A stretch of 64,000 nt of DNA. Source: Porphyridium purpureum (Eukaryota). Of this stretch, positions 41,714 through 52,038 are shown piece after piece. The DNA lies in NCBI GenBank assembly GCA_008690995.1, contig VRMN01000001.1, positions 1,798,001 through 1,862,000 on the forward strand. The letters are read 5' to 3'. How positions within the stretch are numbered: the stretch's first letter is position 1; each line of letters begins with the position of its first letter. The translations under genes were made by a program, and so were the position numbers. The notes beneath the pieces were generated by a model. It saw only the letters and a program-made list of their open reading frames with translations, had not been told where the DNA came from and did no database searches.

Positions 41714-44143
41714 GCGGGCCTCGTCTTGTAGGTCCGCTGGTGTCGCGTGGCGCTGGTGGCGCCCTCACGCGTGGGGAGCGAGCGAGCGAGGGAGAGGGTT
41801 TCGGGCCGCCGCCCTGAATCGGCGCTCCGGCCGCTTTGAGAAGGGAATGGCTCGCATCTCGGTCCCAGTGTGGTTGCTGAAAAAGGTCAAGGAGACCAGG
41901 CATCGTCCTCGCCGCAACTCAAGTTTAGGACTTTCGTCGAGTAAGATGGTCAGACAAGTCACAGGAGCGAGAAAGCAACAACAACTTAGACAAGGTCATT
42001 CATGAGGACAGCATGCAAACGTGAAAATGTTGCGCTGGCCGAAACAAGGGGGCGGAATACGACAGCAAGTACCAAAGCACAGCACCAGCCGGCAAGGCCA
42101 AATGCCGCGCTCGTATTCCGTCAAGTATGAGTCGTGAGCAAGTGGGCAACGAGCGATCCCATCACACAGGCCTCAGCATCCGTGCGAAAGGCGATTCTAC
42201 TCGTCAGCGGGGGCAGCTACAAGCACGGCACTATTCCTGCGCTGCAAGTAGGTAAGTCCCGAGTGAACCCAACGAGGGCCGTAGGTTTGGGCGGCAACAA
42301 CTATGCGGTTCTCCAAGTCACTCCACACCGTGCCGCGATAGGAAACAGTCGTTACGCGGAGGCCGTGCTGGGTCGGCATCTTGTGCGAATCCATGTGCAG
42401 CACTCCATTGAAGCGACCGACTTTGGACAGGCATTCACGCTCAGCGCACACCTCTGCGTACGTGCGCAGGCTTGAGCGCCCGTCAATCGTGACTTCTAAT
42501 ATGTGATCTGGCGTGCCACACGGAAGTTCATCGAGTCCGGTGATGCACAGTAGCTCACCAATACCATCATTTGCGTGCACTTTCTGCAGCCCGCGCGCCT
42601 CGATCCACCCGGCTTCGATGCAAACAGGCGTTGGCGACGGTTCTGGTGCCGGCGTTGGCGACGGTGGCGACGGTGTTGGCGACGGTGTTGGCGTAGGCGT
42701 TGGCGTAGGCGTTGGCGTAGGCGTTGAGACTAATGTGCACGTACCCGACGTGAAAAACTCTTGCAAAGGCGGCATGAAGCAAACGTTGTTGTTCCGCTCG
42801 GTCACCTGAGCCGCCATGCCTTCGCAGTTCTCCGTAAGATACGTGCGCAAAATCCAACCGACCGTCTCGTCCTGTTCTGCGTTAAGCACGCATTCTGCAG
42901 AATTGTAAAAAGTGACCTCGCCAACTTGCTGCGGCAAGCAGTCACCCGGCAACCACGTCGTGCAGCTCAATGGCGTACCCATGCAGTCCTCCGTGGCGTA
43001 GTTGCACAATTCCACCATTGTCTGTGCGCGCACACTAATCGCACATACCCACACCGCGGCCACGAGCGCCAACCAAACCCCAAGCGCCTTCATCATGGCC
43101 ATGCTCGCTCACTGCGTTCTGCTTCAAACGCACTTGCTCCTCCGTCTGTTGCCCGACTTTTTCCCCTGCTCCACCCTCGTCGACCAACTCCCGGATCTCC
43201 CCACTTCTGCTGCGTCGACCGCATCCGCATTATATATCTAGCAGCGCCCGTCTTTTCCGCAACGTGAGACGCTTTTCGAAGTCCAGCAAATGCAGTTAAT
43301 GAATCAACGACTTGGATCCCGCATCTTAACCTGCAGCATTTCAAGTGAACTCGCGTGTCCGGCTGTGGCAATAAACGGATTTGGGCCGAACGTGTGTGCC
43401 GCCCCGGCACGGCATTAACAAAAAACTGCACCGATCGCATAGACGCGCTCGCTGCGCACAACGGTAATGCAGCCTGCAAAGTCGGTGCTGGTTCGTTCGG
43501 TACTGTCTGCACCCGCCCGAACGTGGGATGCGACGGGCGAGGTAATGTATGCGTACGCGAACAGACTGCTTGTACGGCGCACGGATATGCAAGCGACGCG
43601 GCGACAATGGTTTGGTGTAGTCTGCACTGCACTTTTCGGCAAAGCTTCCGAGACAGTTAGACCTTTGGCAAGAAGGCGCTATGTCAGAACCATTGGTTCC
43701 ACTCAATTTTTGGCGGGTATTTGAGAAGTAAGGGCTCAAGGCCGGTCTGCAAGGTCTCGCAGTCCCTTCCTTGTCAACTTCCTCGCTCAAGCATAGTGCG
43801 TAGTGTGCTACGCGGTGGCAATCGGCGAACAACATTTCGGCACAACGCACAGAAATCTGGCACGGACCACGTTCAAGGTCCTTGCGGTGTGCGCCTTGTT
43901 TCTCATCGTATTTGCAGTTTTAACGAAAAACAGCAGACATCGGGTAATGTCTATGTGGCGCCCAGCTAATGACTTGGAAACCATTGGGGCATTCCATTCG
44001 CGGCGGAGCTGTTTCTGCCACCAGTACTTAGCCTTCCGACGCGTCAAAGTGACCTGAAGGAGCAAATGTATACCGCCGGGCAGTGATCTGGACAGGGATG
44101 CGCGCGTACCAAGAACGCCACTCCGTTCCGCAAACGGCCTTTT
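41714..44143. repeat. Tandem segmental duplication, copy A (about 2.43 kb)
   Basis: Begins gcgggcctcgtcttgtaggtccgctgg and is repeated from 44144. Ends ...ctccgttccgcaaacggcctttt. Confidence 0.95.
42197..43102 (-). CDS. Secreted Cys-rich protein with Pro/Thr linker and a conserved, possibly Hint-like, C-terminal domain (paralog A)
   Basis: Signal peptide (...AISVRA|Q), 8-Cys domain, (PT)n/(PS)n linker and a 141-aa C-terminal domain starting CIEAGW. The ORF is preserved in both duplicate copies. Confidence 0.85.
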   Translation of the reverse strand: MAMMKALGVWLALVAAVWVCAISVRAQTMVELCNYATEDCMGTPLSCTTWLPGDCLPQQVGEVTFYNSAECVLNAEQDETVGWILRTYLTENCEGMAAQVTERNNNVCFMPPLQEFFTSGTCTLVSTPTPTPTPTPTPTPSPTPSPPSPTPAPEPSPTPVCIEAGWIEARGLQKVHANDGIGELLCITGLDELPCGTPDHILEVTIDGRSSLRTYAEVCAERECLSKVGRFNGVLHMDSHKMPTQHGLRVTTVSYRGTVWSDLENRIVVAAQTYGPRWVHSGLTYLQRRNSAVLVAAPADE

Positions 44144-46562
44144 GCGGGCCTCGTCTTGTAGGTCCGCTGGTGTCGCGTGGCGCTGGTGGCGCTGGTGGCG
44201 CCCTCACGCGTGGAGAGAGAGAGAGAGAGAGAAAGAGTTTCGGGCCGCCGCCCTGAATCGGCGCTCCGGCCGCTTTGAGAAGGGAATGGCTCGCATCTCG
44301 GTCCCAGTGTGGTTGCTGAAAAAGGTCAAGGAGACCAGGCATCGTCCTCGCCGCAACTCAAGTTTAGGACTTTCGTCGAGTAAGATGGTCAGACAAGTCA
44401 CAGGAGCGAGAAAGCAACAACAATTTAGACAAGGTCATTCATGAGGACAGCATGCAAACGTGAAAATGTTGCGCTGGCCGAAACAAGGGGGCGGAATACG
44501 ACAGCAAGTACCAAAGCACAGCACCAGCCGGCAAGGCCAAATGCCGCGCTCGTATTCCGTCAAGTATGAGTCGTGAGCAAGTGGGCAACGAGCGATCCCA
44601 TCACACAGGCCTCAGCATCCGTGCGAAAGGCGATTCTACTCGTCAGCGGGGGCAGCTACAAGCACGGCACTGTTCCTGCGCTGCAAGTAGGTAAGTCCCG
44701 AGTGAACCCAACGAGGGCCGTAGGTTTGGGCGGCAACAACTATGCGGTTCTCCAAGTCACTCCACACCGTGCCGCGATAGGAAACAGTCGTTACGCGGAG
44801 GCCGTGCTGGGTCGGCATCTTGTGCGAATCCATGTGCAGCACTCCATTGAAGCGACCGACTTTGGACAGGCATTCACGCTCAGCGCACACCTCTGCGTAC
44901 GTGCGCAGGCTTGAGCGCCCGTCAATCGTGACTTCTAATATGTGATCTGGCGTGCCACACGGAAGTTCATCGAGTCCGGTGATGCACAGCAGCTCACCAA
45001 TACCATCATTTGCGTGCACTTTCTGCAGCCCGCGCGCCTCGATCCACTCGGCTTCGATGCAAACAGGAGTTGGCGTTGGCGACGGTGTTGACGACGGTGC
45101 CGCTGGTGTAAAGGCAGGCAACAGTATCGATGCACGCCTCGCCGCAGGCGTTGAGACGAATGTGCACGTTCCCGACGTGAAAAGCTCTTGCAAAGGCGGC
45201 GTGAAGCAAACGCTGTTGTTCCGCTCGGTCACCAGAATCGGCGTGCCTTCGCAATTCTTCGTATGATACGTGCGCAAAATCCAACCGACCGTCTCGTCCT
45301 GTTCTGCGTTAAGCACGCACTCTGCAGAATTGTAAAAAGTGACCTCGCCAACTGGCTGCGGCAAGCAGTCACCCGGCAACCACGCCATACACCTTGATGG
45401 TGTACCCATGCAGTCCTCCGTGGCGTAGTTGCACAATTCTACCATTGTCTGTGCGCGCACACTAATCGCACATACCCACACCGCGGCCACGAGCGCCAAC
45501 CAATCCCCAAGCGCCTTCATCATGGCCATGCTCGCTCACTGCGTTCTGCTTCAAACGCACTAGCTCCTCCGTCTGTTGCCCGACTCTTTTCCCCTGATCC
45601 ACCCTCGTCGGCCAAACCCCGGGTCGCCCGGTTCCGCTGTGTCGACCAGATCCGCAATATATATCCAGCAGCGCCCATCCTTCCGTCGACGTGTCACGAA
45701 TCACAAAGTGCAGCAGGTGCGGCGAATGTAGCAAAGACCTCGATAACGCGCCTTGATCTCCACCTTTCGGGGTGGACACGCGCTTCCCGTGAAATGGAAG
45801 AGATTCAGACCTGACGCGGTAGACACCGTGCACTGTACTAATAAATTGTACCGATGACACCAACGCAAAGTGGCTCCCAACGATAATGCAGCCTGCGAAC
45901 TTGGTGCTAGCTGGGACAGCACCCGTCTGTCGAAAGTCTAATCTCGGATGCGACGGATGTGTAGAAATGCGCGTACGCGAAGAGATTGCTGGCAAGACGC
46001 ACGGGTATGCAAGCGACGCGGCGACGATGGTTTGGTGTAGTCTGCACTGCACTTTTCGGCAAAGCTTCCGAGACAGTTAGACCTTTGGCAAGAAGGCGCT
46101 ATGTCAGAACCATTGGTTCCACTCAATTTTTGGCGGGTATTTGAGAAGTGAGGGCTCAAGGCCGGTCTGCAAGGTCTCGCAGTCCCTTCCTTGTCAACTT
46201 CCTCGCTCAAGCATAGTGCGTAGTGTGCTACGCGGTGGCAATCGGCGAACAACATTTCGGCACAACACACAGAAATCTGGCACGGACCACGTTCAAGGTC
46301 CTTGCGGTGTGCGCGTTGTTTCTCATCGTATTTGCAGTTTTAACGAAAAACAGCAGACATCGGGCAATGTCTATGTGGCGCCCAGCTAATGACTTGGAAA
46401 CCATTGGGGCATTCTATTCGCGGCGGAGCTGTTTCTGCCACCAGTACTTAGCCTTCCGATGCGTCAAAGTGACCTGAAGGAGCAAATGTATACCGCCGGG
46501 CAGTGATCTCGACAGGGATGCGCGCGTACCAAGAACGCCACTCCTTTCCGCAAACAGCCTTT
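44144..46562. repeat. Tandem segmental duplication, copy B (about 2.42 kb)
   Basis: Same start string as copy A. Ends ...ctcctttccgcaaacagccttt. Confidence 0.95.
44636..45529 (-). CDS. Secreted Cys-rich protein, paralog B
   Basis: Paralog of 42197..43102 with a different linker and a near-identical C-terminal domain. Confidence 0.85.
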   Translation of the reverse strand: MAMMKALGDWLALVAAVWVCAISVRAQTMVELCNYATEDCMGTPSRCMAWLPGDCLPQPVGEVTFYNSAECVLNAEQDETVGWILRTYHTKNCEGTPILVTERNNSVCFTPPLQELFTSGTCTFVSTPAARRASILLPAFTPAAPSSTPSPTPTPVCIEAEWIEARGLQKVHANDGIGELLCITGLDELPCGTPDHILEVTIDGRSSLRTYAEVCAERECLSKVGRFNGVLHMDSHKMPTQHGLRVTTVSYRGTVWSDLENRIVVAAQTYGPRWVHSGLTYLQRRNSAVLVAAPADE

Positions 46563-46735
46563 CATGTGACCAGCAAGAGGCATCATTTCAGCCCCAAGAC
46601 GAGCCCCGGCCTCTTTGCCTTCTACATTTGCACCGGCCACCTATTGTGCCGGACTGACGCAGCCGCAGATGAACAGGTCGTCCCCGCACGCATGACACGC
46701 CCAACCAGGTTCCAAGCAACCACCATATCGATATC

Positions 46736-46809
46736 GAAACCGTTTCTGCCGCGAAACCGAAACCGAGAAACCGAGACAAAACTCCGAAACCGAAACTGAA
46801 ACCGAAACC
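46736..46809 (+). repeat. GAAACC hexamer cluster (7 perfect copies) upstream of EF-Tu, possible cis-element
   Basis: GAAACC at 46736, 46753, 46759, 46767, 46786, 46798 and 46804. TATATAAAA follows at 46885-46893. Confidence 0.7.
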
Positions 46810-47113
46810 CCGGCGCTGCGGCTGTACATAACTGAACCCCAGCCTGTTTCTGAATGTGGAGGTACAGCGTCTCGGCGGTCACTTTATATAAAACTGGGCG
46901 GTTTCTATAGGAACTTTGCATGTGATGGTTTGTAGCGAGCCGCGGCTTGTGCGTGCCGCGAGCCCGCGGAAGTTGTGCTGGTGCGATCGGCGATTGGGGA
47001 GGGGGAGTGGGAGACTAGAGGCGGGGAGGGTGTGGAGGAAGGGGGAGAGAGAGACAGAGAGGGAGGGAGGCAGGGGCCGAGTGGGAGTGGGACGGGCTTG
47101 GCTGTTGCATAGG

Positions 47114-48415
47114 ATGCCTCGATTCTCAGCGCCAAGTGTTGTGCGTGCGACGCGCGCGCTGGCAGCTGCGCGTCACGCGCCGCAGCGGCTCCGCCCGTTG
47201 CCGCCGGCTGCTCTGCATCCGCCGCGGAGATTCTACGCGGCCGTGTATGAGCGGAACAAGCCGCATCTGAACGTGGGCACGATCGGGCATGTAGATCATG
47301 GAAAGACAACCCTGACCGCGGCGATCACATCGGTGTTGGCGCAGAGCGGCGGCGCGACGGCAATGGCGTACGACCAGATCGACCGCGCGCCAGAGGAAAA
47401 GGCGCGCGGGATCACCATCAACGCGGCAACCGTCGAGTACGAAACAACGAATCGGCATTATGCACACACAGACTGTCCCGGGCACGCCGATTACGTCAAA
47501 AACATGATCACGGGCGCTGCGCAGATGGACGGTGCGATTTTGGTGGTCTCCGGCCCGGACGGGCCCATGCCACAAACGCGCGAGCACATCTTGCTGGCGC
47601 GACAGGTCGGTGTGCCATCGCTCGTGGTTTTCATCAACAAGACCGATATGGTCGATGACCCGGAACTCCTTGAACTCGTGGAAATGGAGGTGCGCGATGT
47701 GCTCAACTTTTACAAATTCGATGGCGATGCGGTGCCGTTTGTGCGCGGATCCGCCCTCAAGGCCTTGAACGGCGACCCGGCAGAAGTGCAGAACGTGCTG
47801 ACGCTCATGAAGACAGTGGACGAAGCTATTCCTACTCCGCAGCGCGCACTGGACAAACCGCTTTTGTTTGCCGTGGAGACAAGCCATCTTATTTCTGGCC
47901 GAGGGACCGTGGCCACGGGCAGCATTGAGCAAGGCGTGGTCAAAGTAGGCGATGAAGTCGAGATTGTCGGATTTCAAGATAAGCCGGTCAAGACGACTGT
48001 CACTGGTGTCGAGATGTTCCGCAAGTCGCTTTCGCAAGGCGAAGCCGGGGATGTTGTGGGTCTGTTGCTGCGCGGCCTTAAGCGTGAGGACCTGGAACGC
48101 GGAATGGTGATTTGTGCGCCAGGAGCAATCAAACCCATCAACAAGTTCAAGGCAGAGATTTACGCCCTCACTAAGGATGAAGGCGGGCGACACAAACCGT
48201 TCTTCACAGGGTTTTGCCCGTCGTTCTTTATCCGCACGGCCACCGTGACCGGAAAGGTGACGCTGGAGGCGGGAACTGAAATGGTGATGCCCGGCGACAA
48301 CTTTCGGTGCCAAGTCGAACTGCTCAGCAAGGTTCCGCTAGACAAGGGTCAGCGCTTTGCGGTCCGAGAATCCGGCCGTACAGTTGCCGCGGGAGTCGTC
48401 ACTGAGGTTTTGTAA
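47114..48415 (+). CDS. TUFM: Elongation factor Tu, mitochondrial
   Basis: Arg/Ala-rich presequence ending [38 protein letters not shown] and EGGRHKPF. Confidence 0.96.
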   Translation: MPRFSAPSVVRATRALAAARHAPQRLRPLPPAALHPPRRFYAAVYERNKPHLNVGTIGHVDHGKTTLTAAITSVLAQSGGATAMAYDQIDRAPEEKARGITINAATVEYETTNRHYAHTDCPGHADYVKNMITGAAQMDGAILVVSGPDGPMPQTREHILLARQVGVPSLVVFINKTDMVDDPELLELVEMEVRDVLNFYKFDGDAVPFVRGSALKALNGDPAEVQNVLTLMKTVDEAIPTPQRALDKPLLFAVETSHLISGRGTVATGSIEQGVVKVGDEVEIVGFQDKPVKTTVTGVEMFRKSLSQGEAGDVVGLLLRGLKREDLERGMVICAPGAIKPINKFKAEIYALTKDEGGRHKPFFTGFCPSFFIRTATVTGKVTLEAGTEMVMPGDNFRCQVELLSKVPLDKGQRFAVRESGRTVAAGVVTEVL

Positions 48416-48521
48416 AAAGAGAGAAAGAAAAATTCAGAGGCGCAGATGTAACTTCGATCCCGTAGAGAGAAAGAAGGCTGTATTTAGCTCGAAAGTTAGG
48501 AGAGTACGCGCACGTGCATAC

Positions 48522-51299
48522 TCAGCTTATAGAGCCATCCCCAATCTTAGCTTCTTCCAAAGCATGCTGCCTCGTGCGGAGCCTCTCGTGCGCCTGCTCC
48601 AAGGCTTCGAACATCTTTTCAGTCGAACAGTGCTCGCGTGATCGCTGCAGCACCGAAGACAGCTGCAGCACAGCTGAATGAATCGCTTCTGTGGTTCCTT
48701 CACGCAACGCCACGTCCGCCAAGCCGATGCATGCGCTCGCCATGTCCTCGAATGCATTGTGCTCGCGTGTCCACGGGATCCTATCGCCTGTTCCCATAGC
48801 ACGTACCTGCCTCCTTCGAGCCTCCAACTCCTTGTCTGTGCTTCCAGCCCCAAACCAGCCGTACAGCCGGGCGTATGACTCCCACACAGCTGGATTGCTC
48901 GACACGAGCGCCGTGGCATGGCCCAGTACCTCCAGAAGTCGCTTTGCAATTGCCGCCGTGTTGGTGCGAACTGTGGCGTCGCTACTTGTGCTGCCATCAA
49001 TGATTTCCTGCACACAATACGCGAGAGCGGTTCCACGCACACCGTCCTTCTTCTGCAAAACCAGCAGTTGGGCCATGGCTTGCACGCAAGCCATGGCGTC
49101 ATGGGCATGCATCGCGAGCATCAAATAATTATCCCACACGGGCGCCGAATCGCGCGCGTGCTTGGTGGCCTCGCGCATGGCGACAAAAGCCTCACGATGC
49201 TGCCCAAGCTCCTTCAGGCAGCGTGACAAATTATTCCATGCTTGGCCGCTATCGGGTGTCAGTTGCAGCACGCGGCTGAATGCATCGGCACCGGTCGCAA
49301 AGTCGTTATACGCGAGCGCCGCATAGCCCATCGCAAACCAAACTTCCGGATATAGCGCGTTAATGGCCAGCGCTTCCCGGAAATGCGCTACGGCGTCGCG
49401 GAACTGCTCCTTATGCAGTGCAAGGCGGCCCAGCGAGCGCTTTGCGCGTGCGTATCGCCGGCCACTCAGCTGCCAACCCTTTACGTACCAGCTCTCATCT
49501 GAAGTCACATCGCCGAGCACGCAACACAGGCGCGGCGTCTCTCCTTGGGCCTGAATTTGCTGCCGAATCAGGGACTCTGCTTTGCCGACATCGCCCATTA
49601 AACGGTAGCAATCAATGACCTCCTCCCACATTTGCAACTGCGAAAATATTTCGATCGAGCTTTTGACCAAACCCAAGCGGCCTAGTACCATGGCGAGTCG
49701 TTTCTGGAGCTCCCATCGCACTGGGTACTGCATTGCCCAAATATACCGGACCCGAGCGGCGCCTTCGCGACACACAGATTCTGCACAAGATGCATTTGGA
49801 CCTGACTCAATCATAACATCAAAGAAAAAGTCGCCGAGAACCTCCATTTGAAGCATGCAACGCTCCATGTAGCGCCCACTCCGCTCCAGCTCATACTCGG
49901 TCCGAATCAAGAGCGCAGCACAAGCAACCAGCGGATTCAGCGGCGAGCTCTGCTGGACGTCGCTGTGAGTGCCTTGGTCCTTGCCACCCGTTTCACTGTA
50001 CCCTACGCGCAGCAAGTGCGCCGCAAGTGCCGCAATTTGCTCTCTCTGTGTTTCGTCGCTTGCCTGCGCAACCTGGAGATAGGTAGCTTCCGCTAGAATG
50101 GCGCACTGCTGGATACCGGAGAGATTCTGCGCGCTCGCTGCATGCGCTGTCGCCTCATCTACCCCACCTTGCTCAGAGGACAGCTTTGTGTATCCCAGAA
50201 AATCAGAATCTTCGAGTGCCACATTTTTGGGCAGCTTAGCGTGCTGATGCTCTTGCTCGCACGCGTGCTCTTCCGGTGTCTCTGATCGTAAGGCAAAAGC
50301 GGGACTGTTTTGCTGAACAATCAGCTGAGATACAGCCTTCTGCTGAAACTTGGTGCGCATGCCCAGCGCACCGCCTAACGCCACGTCCAAGCCCAGCGCA
50401 CTTTTGCTCAATTCAAGGTTTTCGCGGGCCAGGCTCACGTTAAACGACACCATTTGAAACAAGGCCAGTTCGAGCAGCGCAGTTCCGAACATCGAAGACG
50501 GGCAGCGATCTGGAGAAAGCAAAGCGGGCTGCAGGATTGCCGGATCGCACTGTGTTGCGAAGGCTCTGTGCACTACTTTTGCGGCCTCGCCCGAATCTGG
50601 GTCATCCGCAAAGGTAGAGTACACCCGGTCTACTCCGAGTAACCGGGCAAAGCACGTTTCGGTGACACTTTTCAGTGTGGGCGACTTGCCGCTCAAGACG
50701 CTTTGATGAGTCACACAATATCTAGCGGTCCACCAGCAGCTTAAGGGAAACGCGTCAAAAGTTCTGACTTGCCAAGCTCTGTCATGGCCCTCTGAATCTA
50801 CATGGCGTTCTGAGCTGTCGTGTGCCATCACGTGGCCGTCGGGCGTCTCTGTAGAAGCGAGCTCTAATTCATCTTCGCCCTCAAACCAGCACAACCGCGC
50901 CAGATTCAAGAGTTGCAGATGAGCACAATTGGGCGTGGTAGTTTCACCATCTAGCTCGAGCGGCGGTCTGCGTTCCTTTTGCATGCTTTCGAGCAGCGCA
51001 TGCAGCGCTTCTGCAGTGGCGGAATCGATATCAAGCTTGACTTGCGACGTGCACCTCTGCTCCGTTTTCAGACATGGTCCGGCCCTATTGTACTGCTCAA
51101 ACAAGTGCAGTGACGCAATACCCATGTAGAACCGAAGTGCCTGTGCACGCGGTGCACTTGTGCTGTCGAGAGCGTCCAGCTCGGCCGACGCCGCAAGCAG
51201 CACCGACGCATACTTCCCTGCGACCAGCCCTTCCACAAACTTGTCTATCCGATCACTGCTCTTCCCGGACACTACGCCCTCTATCTCGGCAGCCCACAT
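48522..51299 (-). CDS. TTC27: TPR protein TTC27/Emw1
   Basis: F-x-Q-x-N-x-x-GP, LELDGE, LGGALGMRTKFQQK, WELQKRLA, WEEVI-x-CY, P-x-L-x-CVLGD, ARAKRSLG and TPR repeats with AWNNL and WDNY. Start placed at ATG 51299. Confidence 0.9.
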   Translation of the reverse strand: MWAAEIEGVVSGKSSDRIDKFVEGLVAGKYASVLLAASAELDALDSTSAPRAQALRFYMGIASLHLFEQYNRAGPCLKTEQRCTSQVKLDIDSATAEALHALLESMQKERRPPLELDGETTTPNCAHLQLLNLARLCWFEGEDELELASTETPDGHVMAHDSSERHVDSEGHDRAWQVRTFDAFPLSCWWTARYCVTHQSVLSGKSPTLKSVTETCFARLLGVDRVYSTFADDPDSGEAAKVVHRAFATQCDPAILQPALLSPDRCPSSMFGTALLELALFQMVSFNVSLARENLELSKSALGLDVALGGALGMRTKFQQKAVSQLIVQQNSPAFALRSETPEEHACEQEHQHAKLPKNVALEDSDFLGYTKLSSEQGGVDEATAHAASAQNLSGIQQCAILAEATYLQVAQASDETQREQIAALAAHLLRVGYSETGGKDQGTHSDVQQSSPLNPLVACAALLIRTEYELERSGRYMERCMLQMEVLGDFFFDVMIESGPNASCAESVCREGAARVRYIWAMQYPVRWELQKRLAMVLGRLGLVKSSIEIFSQLQMWEEVIDCYRLMGDVGKAESLIRQQIQAQGETPRLCCVLGDVTSDESWYVKGWQLSGRRYARAKRSLGRLALHKEQFRDAVAHFREALAINALYPEVWFAMGYAALAYNDFATGADAFSRVLQLTPDSGQAWNNLSRCLKELGQHREAFVAMREATKHARDSAPVWDNYLMLAMHAHDAMACVQAMAQLLVLQKKDGVRGTALAYCVQEIIDGSTSSDATVRTNTAAIAKRLLEVLGHATALVSSNPAVWESYARLYGWFGAGSTDKELEARRRQVRAMGTGDRIPWTREHNAFEDMASACIGLADVALREGTTEAIHSAVLQLSSVLQRSREHCSTEKMFEALEQAHERLRTRQHALEEAKIGDGSIS

Positions 51300-52038
51300 G
51301 TCCACAGAGCCCAGCAAGTGCTTGACGTCGTCCGTGTCTCGCTTGCGTTCTCGCCCATCCAAGCCCGCCTGCCTCGTCGCGCACTGCGCGCTTGGCCGCC
51401 GCACGTGATCGAAAAACGGTTTATCGGTTTCATTTCCGGTTTCCGGTTTCGCATGCATGGAAGAGGTACAGTGTCAGCGATAGTCATTCGACGTTCGAAA
51501 ATGGGTGTACAGTTGCGCTGCTCTTCTTTCAAAAAGGAGAGGCCATGTGCGGTACAGTGAATGAAAAGGAACGAAACGGTCAAATCGATTTGAAGCAAGC
51601 GGGGAGCTGCGTGTTCGTTGCGTGCAGGAATGGTTCGATGGATGCGAAGCAGGATATAAGGAAGGCCGGCAAGTGAAATGGGTATCACGACAGACACAAG
51701 GACAGAGAGAGAGAGAGACACAGCAGACACCTTATCATACATACAGAGCCGGCGGACTTTTCGGGGATTGCGTGCTTGCCTGGTCTAGGTGCTGCGACTT
51801 GTGGCCTGGTTGCCTCTTTGGTTGGTACGTAGGTAGGAAGGTAGGTAGGTTGTCTGGTGCGTTGATGATTTGCAGCAGCTGGGCACGACATACAGAGGGA
51901 TTGGTTATCATCGCGATCTTTGTCGTCGTTATTTGAGAAGAAGCGTCGCAGACTTGCTGGTCTTCAGGCTCTGGACAAAGGCCTAGAAAGCAGCACAGAC
52001 GTCGAGGTCAGGAGCCGGGTTTGCTTCCCTTCGGCAAG

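Noticed and set aside
41714..46562. Interpretation of the duplication as the LTRs of a retrotransposon
   Set aside because: The copies are directly adjacent with no internal gag/pol, no TG...CA ends, and each contains a cellular-type gene.
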